From the IMG/VR virus record IMGVR_UViG_3300031992_001727: a stretch of 64,000 nucleotides of DNA; one strand, 5' to 3'. Of the stretch, positions 1 to 9,362 are shown in pieces. A program made the translations under genes and the position numbers. This DNA is from an uncultured virus (IMG/VR IMGVR_UViG_3300031992_001727) (lineage: Duplodnaviria > Heunggongvirae > Uroviricota > Caudoviricetes). Numbering within the stretch: position 1 is the stretch's first letter; every line of letters starts with the position of its first letter. The notes below the pieces were generated by a model. The model had not been told where the DNA came from, made no database searches, and saw only the letters and a program-made list of their open reading frames with translations.

Positions 1-510
1 CGTTCTACTATTGTTATTCGTTGCAGTCGGTTACGATACCAAGTAGCGTAACAAGCATCGGCAATAATGCGTTCCAATATTGTGTTTCGTTGCAGTCGGT
101 TACGATACCAAGTAACTTAACAAGCATCGGCAATAATGCGTTCTACTATTGTTATTCGTTGCAGTCGGTTACGATACCAAGTAGCGTAACAAGTATTGAC
201 AGTAGTGCGTTCTACTATTGTTATTCATTGCAGTCGGTGACTATACCAAGCAACTTAACAAGCATCGGCAATAATGCGTTCCAAGATTGTTATTCGTTGC
301 AGTCGGTTACGATACCAAGTAGCGTAACAAGCATCGGCAATAATGCGTTCCAATATTGTGTTTCGTTGCAGTCGGTTACGATACCAAGTAACTTAACAAG
401 CATTATAGGCTTTGTGTTCGGCAATTGTTTTTCGTTGCAGTCGGTTACGATACCAAGTAGCGTAACAAGCATCGGCAGCTATGCGTTCAACTTTTGTTTT
501 TCATTGCAAG
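1..510 (+). repeat. 69-bp tandem repeats encoding LRR units (about 7 copies)
   Basis: Recurring TTGCAGTCGGTTACGATACCAAGTA at 69-bp spacing (21, 90, 159, 228, 297, 366, 435). Confidence 0.95.
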
Positions 511-680
511 AAATGATATTTGAGCGTACATCGCCGCCAACATTAGGTGGTGCAAAAAACTCGCTGGGTGACACTTCTTTCACTTTCCCGATATATGTTC
601 CTGATTCGGCTGTTTCGTCGTATAAGAGTTCTTACCCGAACTATGCTAGCAGAATTAAAGGTATCAGTGAGCGTGAGTGA
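1..680 (+). CDS. C-terminal part of BspA-type leucine-rich-repeat (LRR_5) protein, probable receptor-binding/tail-associated; starts upstream of window
   Basis: Frame open from window edge; 23-aa repeats LQSVTIPSSVTSIGNNAFxxCxS and typical C-cap PPTLG...IYVPDSAVSSYK. Confidence 0.85.
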   Translation, partial: FYYCYSLQSVTIPSSVTSIGNNAFQYCVSLQSVTIPSNLTSIGNNAFYYCYSLQSVTIPSSVTSIDSSAFYYCYSLQSVTIPSNLTSIGNNAFQDCYSLQSVTIPSSVTSIGNNAFQYCVSLQSVTIPSNLTSIIGFVFGNCFSLQSVTIPSSVTSIGSYAFNFCFSLQEMIFERTSPPTLGGAKNSLGDTSFTFPIYVPDSAVSSYKSSYPNYASRIKGISERE

Positions 681-776
681 GAGGGTTGCACCGAACACTT
701 GTGCGAGCAATTATGGCAGTACTTTGGCGTGATGGATGACACGTCATCACGTTGAGTCAATTTTCAGTTAGTTTTT

Positions 777-811
777 GAGCCTTGGTAACTTGGTGTTGCT
801 GAGGCTCTTTT
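777..811 (+). terminator. Probable intrinsic terminator after LRR gene
   Basis: GAGCCTTGGTAAC...GTTGCTGAGGCTC stem followed by TTTT. Confidence 0.55.
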
Positions 812-888
812 GTGTGATTTGTGCGGATGTGTTTTGATTTTAACATAATTTTATCGCAAAAATATTTTGTTGTTGTTGCATAAAGTAG

Positions 889-896
889 TAACTTTG
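889..896 (+). promoter_or_regulatory. Bacteroidetes sigma-A -7 promoter element
   Basis: TAACTTTG matches TAnnTTTG, AT-rich leader precedes ATG at 959. Confidence 0.6.
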
Positions 897-958
897 TGGT
901 GAGGATATTCCTCATTGAATCAACAATTATTAATTAATTATTTTAATCAATTTCAGTT

Positions 959-1828
959 ATGGCAGATACTACTTTCTTGGCACCGGACAATAGTGTGCCT
1001 ATGGGTGTTCTTCCTTATCTCAACAACAATGGTGGCCTTTTTGGCGGTAACAATGGCTGGGGTGGCGGCATTCTTGGCTTCTTGCTTGGTGCGATGTTCA
1101 GCGGTGGCTGGAACGGCGGCGGTCTGTTCGGTGGCGGCGGCAACAACGGGAACCACAACGCAGACCTGATCATGCAGGCCGTGACGAACAGCGGCGAGCG
1201 CAGTGTGAGTGCAGTGCAGCAGTTGTCGACCAACCTTGGTCAAGACTTCACGCTTGTCAACTCGGCCATCAACACCATCAGTCAGAGCATCAATCAGATT
1301 GCCAACGCACAGGGCTTGAACGCCATGCAAGTGATTAACGCCATTCAGAGCGGCAACTGCTCAATGCAGAACCAGCTGAGCCAGTGCTGCTGCCAGATGC
1401 AGAACACACTGACCACACAGGCTAATATGCTCCAGCAGGGCGCGAACCAGAACACTCAGTCGATTCTTGGCGAGCTGCGTGCTATGCAGACCCAGGCTCT
1501 GCAAGACAAGCTTGATGCCGAGCGTGCCAAGAACACCCAGCTTGCCGGTGAGATTTCGCAAGCCAATCAGAACAACACCATCGCCGCCATGATTGCCAAT
1601 GCAGTGAACCCGATTGCCTCGCAGCTTGCCGGCATTCGTGGCGAGGTAGATGCCATCAAGCGTTGCCAGCCTTCGACCATCACGCTGCCCAACAACTCGA
1701 TGACCGCAGTGCCGACGATTTGGGCCAACGGTGTGGCCGACCTTGTTGTGGATCGTGTCGCGGCCGCACTGGCTCAGGCAGGTGGAACTACTACTCCGAC
1801 TACTCCGACCGCTGTTGCCAAGATGTGA
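959..1828 (+). CDS. Conserved gut-phage hypothetical protein (Gly-rich N-terminus, Q/N-rich coiled coil, QCCC motif)
   Basis: 289-aa ORF, GGWGGG/LLGAMF segment, AIQSGNCSMQNQLSQCCC. Confidence 0.7.
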   Translation: MADTTFLAPDNSVPMGVLPYLNNNGGLFGGNNGWGGGILGFLLGAMFSGGWNGGGLFGGGGNNGNHNADLIMQAVTNSGERSVSAVQQLSTNLGQDFTLVNSAINTISQSINQIANAQGLNAMQVINAIQSGNCSMQNQLSQCCCQMQNTLTTQANMLQQGANQNTQSILGELRAMQTQALQDKLDAERAKNTQLAGEISQANQNNTIAAMIANAVNPIASQLAGIRGEVDAIKRCQPSTITLPNNSMTAVPTIWANGVADLVVDRVAAALAQAGGTTTPTTPTAVAKM

Positions 1829-1936
1829 TTGACATGGCCGTGGCAGGAGCCACGGCATAGTTAGACCGCTAGAGAGATTGTGCCGGCGGCGTAACCGCCG
1901 GCTACATAACATGAAATAACTAAACAACTATCAACA

Positions 1937-2446
1937 ATGGATTTCAATAGTCTGAACAAGGGTGATAACATCTATGTCATCAACAAGACCGACGCCGGGC
2001 CTGAAATGATTGTGTGTGAGGTCATGGACAAGACCGCTCCTCACTATGACTTACAGAACCAGGCTGCTGCCAACGGCAGCGGCATGCAGCAGGTTGTTGA
2101 CTTGAGTGTCCGGATTGGTGACCGTGTGGAGCCGATGCGCAACTTGACCGTCACTAAGCAGATGGAGAGTTACAACGGCGGCAAGCAGATAGTGTGTTGC
2201 GACAAGGAGAGCGTTCTGCGTGAGATAGACCGCATGATGTCGGTTAGCCGCGGTGAGATAGAGCGCGATGCCTATAACCACCAAGTGCTTGAAAAGGGCG
2301 AGGTCATCATTGAGAGCCTTAACCCGAAGTACAAGGAGGACAAGGAGCAGAAAGCCGCGATAGCCATGCTGAAAGACCAGATGTCGACGATGATGGGCAT
2401 GATGCAAGAGCTTCAGGAGAGTTTGAAATCTGCAAAAAAATCTTGA
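1937..2446 (+). CDS. Hypothetical protein, C-terminal coiled coil
   Basis: 169-aa ORF with A-rich leader. Confidence 0.7.
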   Translation: MDFNSLNKGDNIYVINKTDAGPEMIVCEVMDKTAPHYDLQNQAAANGSGMQQVVDLSVRIGDRVEPMRNLTVTKQMESYNGGKQIVCCDKESVLREIDRMMSVSRGEIERDAYNHQVLEKGEVIIESLNPKYKEDKEQKAAIAMLKDQMSTMMGMMQELQESLKSAKKS

Positions 2447-2450
2447 GGAA

Positions 2451-2696
2451 ATGGGATATAAAGTATATCGTTTCAAAGAGAGCGGCGACCCGGTTGAGAT
2501 GGTGTCGCGCGCCAAAGACATGCTGATGGAAGCGCATGAGATGCTTGCTGAGGCTTGTGAGATGATGAACGGCAACCAAGTGGACATGCGCCGTGGCCGT
2601 GTGATGAGCCGCCGTGACCGCTGGGACGGCAATGGCAATGACATTGACCGCCGTGACGACTGGGATGAGGTTCGCCAGCGTGGCCGTTACTACTAA
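2451..2696 (+). CDS. Hypothetical small protein with Arg/Asp-rich tail ending RGRYY
   Basis: 81-aa ORF co-oriented in cassette. Confidence 0.65.
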   Translation: MGYKVYRFKESGDPVEMVSRAKDMLMEAHEMLAEACEMMNGNQVDMRRGRVMSRRDRWDGNGNDIDRRDDWDEVRQRGRYY

Positions 2697-2779
2697 CCCA
2701 AATGTGTAGATAGGGCCACAGCGGGAGCTGTGGCACAGATAGACCGCTGTGGCCCATTCTGCTAAAAGACGAGCGAATT

Positions 2780-3190
2780 ATGTGTGACTGTGGAGATTTG
2801 ACCAAGTTCTATGTGTTGAGCCGTGAGATGCGCAAGTATCTTGCGACTTATGGGCCACACTTCACGAAAGAGTTGTGCGAGGATGCCGTGTCGATGATGG
2901 AAGACCGCGACGGCAACCGTGTGAGGCCTATAGAGAAGAAGGCGTTGGGTGAACTGCTGGAGCGTGCCGGTGTGAAACTGGAACACGACACGCTGCATGA
3001 TGGCGTTTACGTCCACTCGATGGGCCTTGCCGACTATTGGGGCAGCTCGATCAATGACGAGACCAGCCTAGCGCGATATGTGAAGGACTATCTTGATGAT
3101 CCTGATGGCTATGAAGGTATCGCCTTCTGGCGGTGGTATGGTGACTGCTGCAAGAAGGGTATCGTCATCGACTGGGAGAGTTATTACTAG
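2780..3190 (+). CDS. Conserved hypothetical phage protein
   Basis: 136-aa ORF, YGPHF...DYLDDPDGYEGIAFWRWY. Confidence 0.7.
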   Translation: MCDCGDLTKFYVLSREMRKYLATYGPHFTKELCEDAVSMMEDRDGNRVRPIEKKALGELLERAGVKLEHDTLHDGVYVHSMGLADYWGSSINDETSLARYVKDYLDDPDGYEGIAFWRWYGDCCKKGIVIDWESYY

Positions 3191-3215
3191 GCTTTAGGCA
3201 TTAGATTTTATCGTT

Positions 3216-3581
3216 ATGCTTGCTAAATGGATAGACATAGATGGCAAATGGGGCGTCGTTGTGAACTATGATGTTCGCATCGACGACTTGTCTTATGTAC
3301 TTGGCCAGGTAGACCGCATCGGTGTGAGTGATCGTGACCGCCGTGAGATAGAGGGTCTGTTCGAGGAGCCAAACCGCGGTTTCACTGTGAGCGACATGGA
3401 AGAGCGCATGAGCCTCACTTGCATCGGTTGGGCCGACAGCCGTGAGCAGATGGTTGACAGTATCATTCATGAGATAGACCATGTGCAGCGTGACGTGTGT
3501 GAGTATTATGGTGTTTCCCTTGGCAGTGAGCGTGCCGCCTGGCTGCAAGGCTACCTTGGGAGAGAAATGATGGTGATATGA
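3216..3581 (+). CDS. Putative zincin-like metallopeptidase domain protein
   Basis: HEIDH (HExxH) motif followed by E..A. Confidence 0.5.
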   Translation: MLAKWIDIDGKWGVVVNYDVRIDDLSYVLGQVDRIGVSDRDRREIEGLFEEPNRGFTVSDMEERMSLTCIGWADSREQMVDSIIHEIDHVQRDVCEYYGVSLGSERAAWLQGYLGREMMVI

Positions 3582-3623
3582 GCGATGTGCGAGCCTTGTG
3601 GCTCGCAATTCTTGACAATAGGG

Positions 3624-4103
3624 ATGACACAGACGTTGATTGATATGAGCCGCTTGCTGGCGATGGACGCGGTCATCATCCTAGTTGGGATGATGTGGGA
3701 CTTGGCCGTGGGCATACGCAAAGCGCAAGAGCGTGGCGAGGCGAGGACAAGCTACGGACTTGCTCGCACCGCTACGAAGATGCTGACGTACTATGGCGCA
3801 TTTGGCATCGGTGCTTGCATTGACGTGCTTCTGCATGTTGGAAGGGTGTGGCAGCTTGTCGGACTTTCCGACACACTGGAGAGCGTGCCTGTGGTTGCCA
3901 CGCTGATAGCGATATTCCTCTGCATCATAGAAGGTATTTCCATTTTGGAAAATGCTGACACGAAGGCGAAAAAACGCATGAGCAAGGTGGCCGATGTGGC
4001 ACTGACCGCTGCCAGCAATACCGAGCTGGTGGAGCTGCTGGCAAGGGCTATCACGGCAGCGCAGGAGAACACGAAGAGCAAGGGAAATGGCAATGGTGAA
4101 TGA
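3624..4103 (+). CDS. Holin (phage holin 4-like)
   Basis: Three hydrophobic segments, D..GIRKA..RGE.RTSYG...T..K, SILEN; directly upstream of endolysin; start moved to ATG 3624. Confidence 0.75.
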   Translation: MTQTLIDMSRLLAMDAVIILVGMMWDLAVGIRKAQERGEARTSYGLARTATKMLTYYGAFGIGACIDVLLHVGRVWQLVGLSDTLESVPVVATLIAIFLCIIEGISILENADTKAKKRMSKVADVALTAASNTELVELLARAITAAQENTKSKGNGNGE

Positions 4104-4145
4104 TGTGCGAGCCAGTGGCTCGCAATACCTAACAGTTGATTGACG

Positions 4146-4925
4146 ATGAAGACATTGAAAAAAGGGATGACCCGTGACGAGGTTAAGACCTTGCAGCGTG
4201 CGCTGGGGGTGAACGATGATGGCATCTTCGGGGTGATGACCGAGGTGGCTGTGAAGGACTTCCAGCGGTCGAGGCAGCTGATGGCTGACGGCATCGTGGG
4301 GGCGAAGACATGGGCCGCGCTTGGCGTGACGGAGAACAAATGCGTTGACCCGAGCGTGGTGTACCTGCCGCTGAGCGTGCATGTGAGCCGACTGCCTGGG
4401 CGCAGCATCAAGTACCTTGCCATACACTACACTGCTGGCAGCTCGTCGGACGCTGGCCGTGCGAGGGCGGTGAAGCATGTGTTTGAGACGCGGAAGGCTA
4501 GCGCAGACTTTGCCGTGGACGACAAGGAGATTGTGCAGTTCAACCCAGACATTCGCAACTACTACTGCTGGGCAGTGGGCGACAAGAAGGCGGCTGGATC
4601 AATCGCTGACGCCACCAACCGAAACACGATTAGCATCGAGATTTGCTCGACACTAGCAAAAGGCACCAGCGCAAGCGTTCCTAACCATGAGGGGTGGAGC
4701 TTCACCGATGAGGCTGTGACGAATGCCGTGCGGCTGGCTAGGCTGCTGATGCGGAAGTATGGGATTCCGATTGATCGCGTGGTGCGGCACTATGACATCA
4801 GCGGGAAGATGTGCCCGGGCATCATCGGCTGGAACACTGGCTTCATCTACACCACCGACGGGCGCAGAACCAGCAAGCGCAGTGACAGCGAGGCATGGGA
4901 GAAGTTCAAGGCTAGGCTGGCATGA
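4146..4925 (+). CDS. Endolysin: PG-binding domain + N-acetylmuramoyl-L-alanine amidase (Amidase_2)
   Basis: DGIFG/DGIVGAKTW PG-binding motifs; IHYTA, SIEIC, VRHYD..GKMCPG. Confidence 0.9.
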   Translation: MKTLKKGMTRDEVKTLQRALGVNDDGIFGVMTEVAVKDFQRSRQLMADGIVGAKTWAALGVTENKCVDPSVVYLPLSVHVSRLPGRSIKYLAIHYTAGSSSDAGRARAVKHVFETRKASADFAVDDKEIVQFNPDIRNYYCWAVGDKKAAGSIADATNRNTISIEICSTLAKGTSASVPNHEGWSFTDEAVTNAVRLARLLMRKYGIPIDRVVRHYDISGKMCPGIIGWNTGFIYTTDGRRTSKRSDSEAWEKFKARLA

Positions 4926-4965
4926 TGGTAATGGCCGCCACGGGAGTGGCGGCAAAGTGAGACCG

Positions 4966-5394
4966 ATGATGAGGAAGGACTTAAGAAACGTGATGCGGGT
5001 GCTGGTGGCTATCGTGCTGGGCATGGTGGTGTGCTGGCTGCTGGGCGGGTGCTCGCCGAGGGTTGTGGAGATTGAGAAACCTGTGGTCGTGGAGCAGACG
5101 CACACGCAGACGCACACGGACATCGTGCGTGACACGCTCATCTGGCGGGATAGCGTCTACCACTATGTGCAGGGGGACACGGTGCGCATCGAGCGGTGGC
5201 ATCATTCTATTGCCGTCAATAAGGTGATGGTGGCCGACACGATCAGGGACACGATACCTCGCATTGTGACCGTCAAGGAGACGGTGGTGCATGAGGTCAA
5301 TAGGCTGCGGTGGTGGCAGAAGTTGCTGATGTGGGCTGGTGGGATTGCGTTGCTGGTGTGCGGTGGCTGGGTGGTGCTTAAAGCTAAGCGTTGA
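4966..5394 (+). CDS. Lipoprotein, probable spanin-like lysis protein
   Basis: Signal peptide with LLGGC lipobox, RDT/RDS repeats, C-terminal TM helix; follows endolysin. Confidence 0.6.
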   Translation: MMRKDLRNVMRVLVAIVLGMVVCWLLGGCSPRVVEIEKPVVVEQTHTQTHTDIVRDTLIWRDSVYHYVQGDTVRIERWHHSIAVNKVMVADTIRDTIPRIVTVKETVVHEVNRLRWWQKLLMWAGGIALLVCGGWVVLKAKR

Positions 5395-5486
5395 TCCACA
5401 CGACTTTTTATGGTGCGAGCCGGGTGGCTCGCAATACGGAACAATAATGATTAATGATTGATGATTAATAAAAAAACTGACTGGAA

Positions 5487-5933
5487 ATGGCAAAAGAGAT
5501 TGAACAAGTGAATGACGAGCAGCAGAAGCAGCTGAATGCCGTGATTGAGGACTCGGTGGACTATGTGACCGTCCGTGGCAAGAAAAAGGGCGTGCGGTGG
5601 CTGAAAAACGCAACTATCAGGAAGGTGACTGACGTGCTGCTGGGGGAGCATGGGCATGAGAGCATGGTGAACTGCAAGTGCGCCGCAGCGATTGTGCTGA
5701 ACGGCTACTGGGGCATCAAGCTGTGGTGGTGGGCATTGTGGCGTTGGTACTACTATGTGAAGCAGTATCGCGACTCTGAGCTGACCGAGCTGATTGAGGT
5801 GGGCAAAAAAAAAGTGGATGTGGAAAGCTACTACTTGACTACCACATATCTGACCGCGATGAAGGACACGATGATGGCGATGACAAGAACGGAAGTCGAG
5901 CATTTCCTAGCCGCACAGCGTGGGGCGCAATGA
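5487..5933 (+). CDS. Probable tail assembly chaperone
   Basis: 148-aa ORF with GKKKV encoded over an A9 tract; assignment by inference. Confidence 0.4.
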   Translation: MAKEIEQVNDEQQKQLNAVIEDSVDYVTVRGKKKGVRWLKNATIRKVTDVLLGEHGHESMVNCKCAAAIVLNGYWGIKLWWWALWRWYYYVKQYRDSELTELIEVGKKKVDVESYYLTTTYLTAMKDTMMAMTRTEVEHFLAAQRGAQ

Positions 5934-6196
5934 GCGCAATCGGGGAGAAGCATGGTTGGCTGCTGGCCGACAAGCACTACCTTGGTGGGCTGGTGACGGT
6001 GAAGGCTTGGGGCTGGTGGACCGGCTACACGGCCGCACAGATAGAACTGATGGTTGCCGACAGCCCGCTGGTGACGTATGGTGACGGGAAGAAGAAGGTG
6101 AAGCGCGGCGACGTGGAGAAGGCGCATCGTGACTGGATGAGCCTAGACGAGCGTGAGACGCGGAATGTGAAGCTGAGTGAACTGCTGAAAGGTTGA
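5930..6196 (+). CDS. Hypothetical protein (possible second tail chaperone segment)
   Basis: ATGA overlap with previous ORF; TAAQIELM motif. Confidence 0.55.
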   Translation: MSAIGEKHGWLLADKHYLGGLVTVKAWGWWTGYTAAQIELMVADSPLVTYGDGKKKVKRGDVEKAHRDWMSLDERETRNVKLSELLKG

Positions 6197-6243
6197 TGGC
6201 CGTGACTGGAGTCACGGCATAGTGTGACCGATTTTTTTTGATT

Positions 6244-6723
6244 ATGGCAAAGAAGAAAGATGATGACAAGAGGGGCCTGATGACCCGGCTGATGAGCAAG
6301 TATCAAGTGCCTGAGCGGGAGTTCATGCTTGCTGTGCTTGTTGCTTGGGGTGTTCCGGCTGGTGACGCATTCGGTGCGCTGATGGACTGCAAGCCCGAAT
6401 GGCGCGAACAGATGTGGCAGCGTTACAAGAACGACAAGAGCAACCTGGGGACGCTGGAGCTGATCAGGGAACTGCGTGAAGGTTCGGCTGACAGTTCGGA
6501 CTCGTTTGCGTATGACTTGAAGAGCAAGGATGGCATGATAGAGGCCTTGTCGCGTCAAGTGCGTGACACCGACGACCCGAAGCAGAAGGCCGACATCTTG
6601 ATGAAGATAGCCGACTTGCAGCGCATGAAGCAGGACGAGAACACGGAGAAAGAGAAGCTGGTGCACTACTACCTGCCGTTGCGTTGCGAGGTTTGCCCCT
6701 GGAAAGATGGCGGGAACACTTAA
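6244..6723 (+). CDS. Hypothetical protein, possibly terminase small subunit
   Basis: Helical protein ending HYYLPLRCEVCP (CxxC); function inferred. Confidence 0.4.
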   Translation: MAKKKDDDKRGLMTRLMSKYQVPEREFMLAVLVAWGVPAGDAFGALMDCKPEWREQMWQRYKNDKSNLGTLELIRELREGSADSSDSFAYDLKSKDGMIEALSRQVRDTDDPKQKADILMKIADLQRMKQDENTEKEKLVHYYLPLRCEVCPWKDGGNT

Positions 6724-6776
6724 TGGCCGACGCGCTGCGCCGGCCCACGAATAACCGCTATTCGTTGCCACCGGGG

Positions 6777-7214
6777 CTAGGTGTCGCGCTGTGGTGAGCG
6801 GTATGCCGCCAGTGCCTTGAGCAGTGCCGAGACGTCGAGTTCGGCATTGAATAAGATGGAATAGGCCAGCTGTAGCTGGTGTATGTAGTGCAGTTGGAAG
6901 ATTGGTCTTCCGGCTGCACTGATTGTGTATAGCCCCTGCTGTGTGGAGTGGTTAAGTGTGAACTCTGTTTGGTTGATTGTCCATGAACTTTGTTGGCTTT
7001 CGAGGTCGGGCAGTGTACGGATGAGGTTGTCGGTGATAGGCACCGGGTCGACTTCGGCCAGCCCCAGTGTTGCGACATAGATGAGCCGATTGTCATCTAG
7101 AATTGCCGGCCTCATGGTGCATATAAACCTCTTGTTGTGAACATTTTGCTTGTCAAGCGGGACATAGTCGGCGATGAAGACCACCGAGCCGAATGTGAGC
7201 TGGTCGAGTCGCAT
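6777..7214 (-). CDS. Hypothetical protein (YopX-like, YIHQLQ motif)
   Basis: ORF from MRLDQLTFG; PVPIT...LHYIHQLQ resembles 13825-14229. Confidence 0.5.
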   Translation of the reverse strand: MRLDQLTFGSVVFIADYVPLDKQNVHNKRFICTMRPAILDDNRLIYVATLGLAEVDPVPITDNLIRTLPDLESQQSSWTINQTEFTLNHSTQQGLYTISAAGRPIFQLHYIHQLQLAYSILFNAELDVSALLKALAAYRSPQRDT

Positions 7215-7215
7215 G

Positions 7216-7557
7216 TCATCGGGTGGATGATGCCTCCTTGATTTTTTTGATGGCTTCGGCTGTTTTGTCATATAGTTGGCTGTATTGCGGGTTGTTTTGA
7301 ATGTTGACGTAGGTGTCGTAGAGCCTTCGCATAAGTGATGCTCTGGTGAGGAAAGTGTATCTTTTGAGGATGTCGTCGGCTGGGCACTTGGCAAAGTCTC
7401 TGAGTGCAACAAGCAAGATGTTGATAGCTACCTCGGACGCTTGTGCCTGTGGTGTCGAGAACAATGTGGCGCGCTCGACTTTAGCGACTCGCGCCACGAT
7501 TGCTTCGACTTGTGCGATAGCCGGGAGATTAATCCTTGTTATGGGTTTTCGCGGCAT
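7216..7557 (-). CDS. Putative DnaA C-terminal-like HTH protein
   Basis: EAIVARVAKV..ATLFS...A..I....LRD pattern resembles DnaA domain IV. Confidence 0.4.
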   Translation of the reverse strand: MPRKPITRINLPAIAQVEAIVARVAKVERATLFSTPQAQASEVAINILLVALRDFAKCPADDILKRYTFLTRASLMRRLYDTYVNIQNNPQYSQLYDKTAEAIKKIKEASSTR

Positions 7558-7975
7558 TGTCTTGGATTTCTTTTTTGATTTCGGATTCGATTTTGGCGAT
7601 TTTTTCGGGAGTGTTGGCCTGTTCGGCAGCATGTGCCAGTGCGAGGTCTTGCTCCAGTTCGTCGGCTGACAGTTCGTCGGGCAGCTTGTCGGGGACCTGG
7701 TTGTACTTGTTGAGGACGGCGAGGATTTCGTTGTAGGCCTCGGGTTGCATGGGCATGTTGCTGATGACGTAGGCGAGGTTGAGGATGAGTTCGATGTACT
7801 CGGTTGCGTTCTCGACACCTTCGTTGAGCAATTCGGGGAATGCCGATGTGGCCATGAGTTCGGGGCCGAACGTGATGGTGAAGTTACCTGCCTTGTTTGT
7901 TGCGACGAGGCTTGTGAGGCCCGTCTGCTTGTCCACCTGCTGGTGGAGCGTGAAAGAGTTGATGTTGTATTGCAT
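7529..7975 (-). CDS. Hypothetical acidic protein
   Basis: ORF from MQYNINSF, in operon. Confidence 0.6.
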   Translation of the reverse strand: MQYNINSFTLHQQVDKQTGLTSLVATNKAGNFTITFGPELMATSAFPELLNEGVENATEYIELILNLAYVISNMPMQPEAYNEILAVLNKYNQVPDKLPDELSADELEQDLALAHAAEQANTPEKIAKIESEIKKEIQDNAAKTHNKD

Positions 7976-7986
7976 TGTCTGTTTTG

Positions 7987-8424
7987 TTATAGGTGTATTA
8001 CTTTTTCGTCGTTGATGACTTGTGTGATGATTGATCGGAACTGGTCGTTGTTGTGTATGAGTGCGATGCATAGGGATGTGAACGACACCCGGAAATCTGT
8101 GTCGTTGTTCTCAAATGCGTACTTCAAACTTGTTTCCAGCCCTTTACCGCCGATGGCTGAAACCATATCTGCTTCTGTTGTAATTCCGATTAGCATCATT
8201 GCTGAGAACATCTGTTTCAGTTCGTCAAACTTCTCCCTGACTTGTCGCTGGGATGGTGTCTCTTTGAATAGTTCTCTTAACTCATCGGTTCTCGCTTCAA
8301 TCGTTATTGTATCATTCAATTTGTTTGGTGGCGATGTGAGTTTGTCGGCCTCTGTTCCGAGGTCTACTTTCCCGGCATAGACTACTGGTTTGTCGCCGAT
8401 GAAGATTTCTTCTTTGTCTTTCAT
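7987..8424 (-). CDS. Hypothetical protein
   Basis: ORF from MKDKEE, ATGA overlap with radical SAM stop. Confidence 0.55.
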   Translation of the reverse strand: MKDKEEIFIGDKPVVYAGKVDLGTEADKLTSPPNKLNDTITIEARTDELRELFKETPSQRQVREKFDELKQMFSAMMLIGITTEADMVSAIGGKGLETSLKYAFENNDTDFRVSFTSLCIALIHNNDQFRSIITQVINDEKVIHL

Positions 8425-9362
8425 TTTTTGTTGAGATATTGTGCGCATGTGAAGCCTTTGCGTGGGCGGAAGTCACGGAATGCGCAGGTGATGTATAGTG
8501 CTTTCTGGTTGGCCCAGTGCGCCATGTCACGTTGCCATTGCGGAATGTTCTGGACGAGCGACGTGAGGTCGAGCATGGGCTGTGCCTGGCAGCGCACCTT
8601 GCGGTCGTAGCGTGGGTGCCTCCAGTGCTCTAGGCGGCTCAGGCACTCGTCGAAGTCGCCGTGTAGCATGGTATAGAGCATCACTCGGCCATTGTAGCCA
8701 TGCTGGCGCAGAAGCGTGATTGCTCGGTCGCAGTCCTCGACTTGTGCTGCTGTGTCGCAGCCGAAGCGGATGTACTCGATCCAGCGCACGCGTGCCAGCA
8801 GTGCGGCCATGTCGTCGGTGACTAGGCGTGCGTCCATTGCCTGGTTGAAGTCTACCCGCCATCGGTGATTGACGATTTTCTCGATTTGCTGCAAGCCGTA
8901 GTCGCTGGCGAGGATGTTGTTGTCCATGAGGAAGAGGTTTGTTCGCCCGTCGATTGCGATTTGCTCTACGTCCATGTATGGACGGATTTTGCCCTCGGCC
9001 TTCGGGACCACGCACCATGGGCAACGCCGGATGCAGCCTCGCGTGAGAAAGCCGATGGCCCAATTAGGCTTCCAGTTGATGGCAAGCGAATAATCAGGTT
9101 GGCATCGGTCAATCTCGTCGGGCAGGTTGTGGTAAGGTGCTCCCCAGCCCGTGCCGCCGCGAACCACCTTGTCGGCGTTGATGGGGTACTGGTACTGCGG
9201 TATGAATGTGAACACCTTGCTGTGGTAGCAGATGTCGTAGTGCTTGAATGGCGAGTAATATTCAACAGAATCGCCCTGTCGTTTGTGCCATGTGGCGCAT
9301 TTGAGCAGGGCGAGGTTGGGGAAGTTGCGGTGGCAGTCGTCGGGTAGTATGGCGATGTTCAT
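8421..9362 (-). CDS. Radical SAM (Fe-S oxidoreductase) protein
   Basis: TRGCIRRCPWCVV (CxxxCxxC), FPNLALLK, DNN, DFNQAMDARL. Confidence 0.85.
   Translation of the reverse strand: MNIAILPDDCHRNFPNLALLKCATWHKRQGDSVEYYSPFKHYDICYHSKVFTFIPQYQYPINADKVVRGGTGWGAPYHNLPDEIDRCQPDYSLAINWKPNWAIGFLTRGCIRRCPWCVVPKAEGKIRPYMDVEQIAIDGRTNLFLMDNNILASDYGLQQIEKIVNHRWRVDFNQAMDARLVTDDMAALLARVRWIEYIRFGCDTAAQVEDCDRAITLLRQHGYNGRVMLYTMLHGDFDECLSRLEHWRHPRYDRKVRCQAQPMLDLTSLVQNIPQWQRDMAHWANQKALYITCAFRDFRPRKGFTCAQYLNKK

Noticed and set aside
1..680. LRR repeats as a diversity-generating retroelement target
   Set aside because: No reverse transcriptase or separate template repeat in the window, and differences are not clearly adenine-specific
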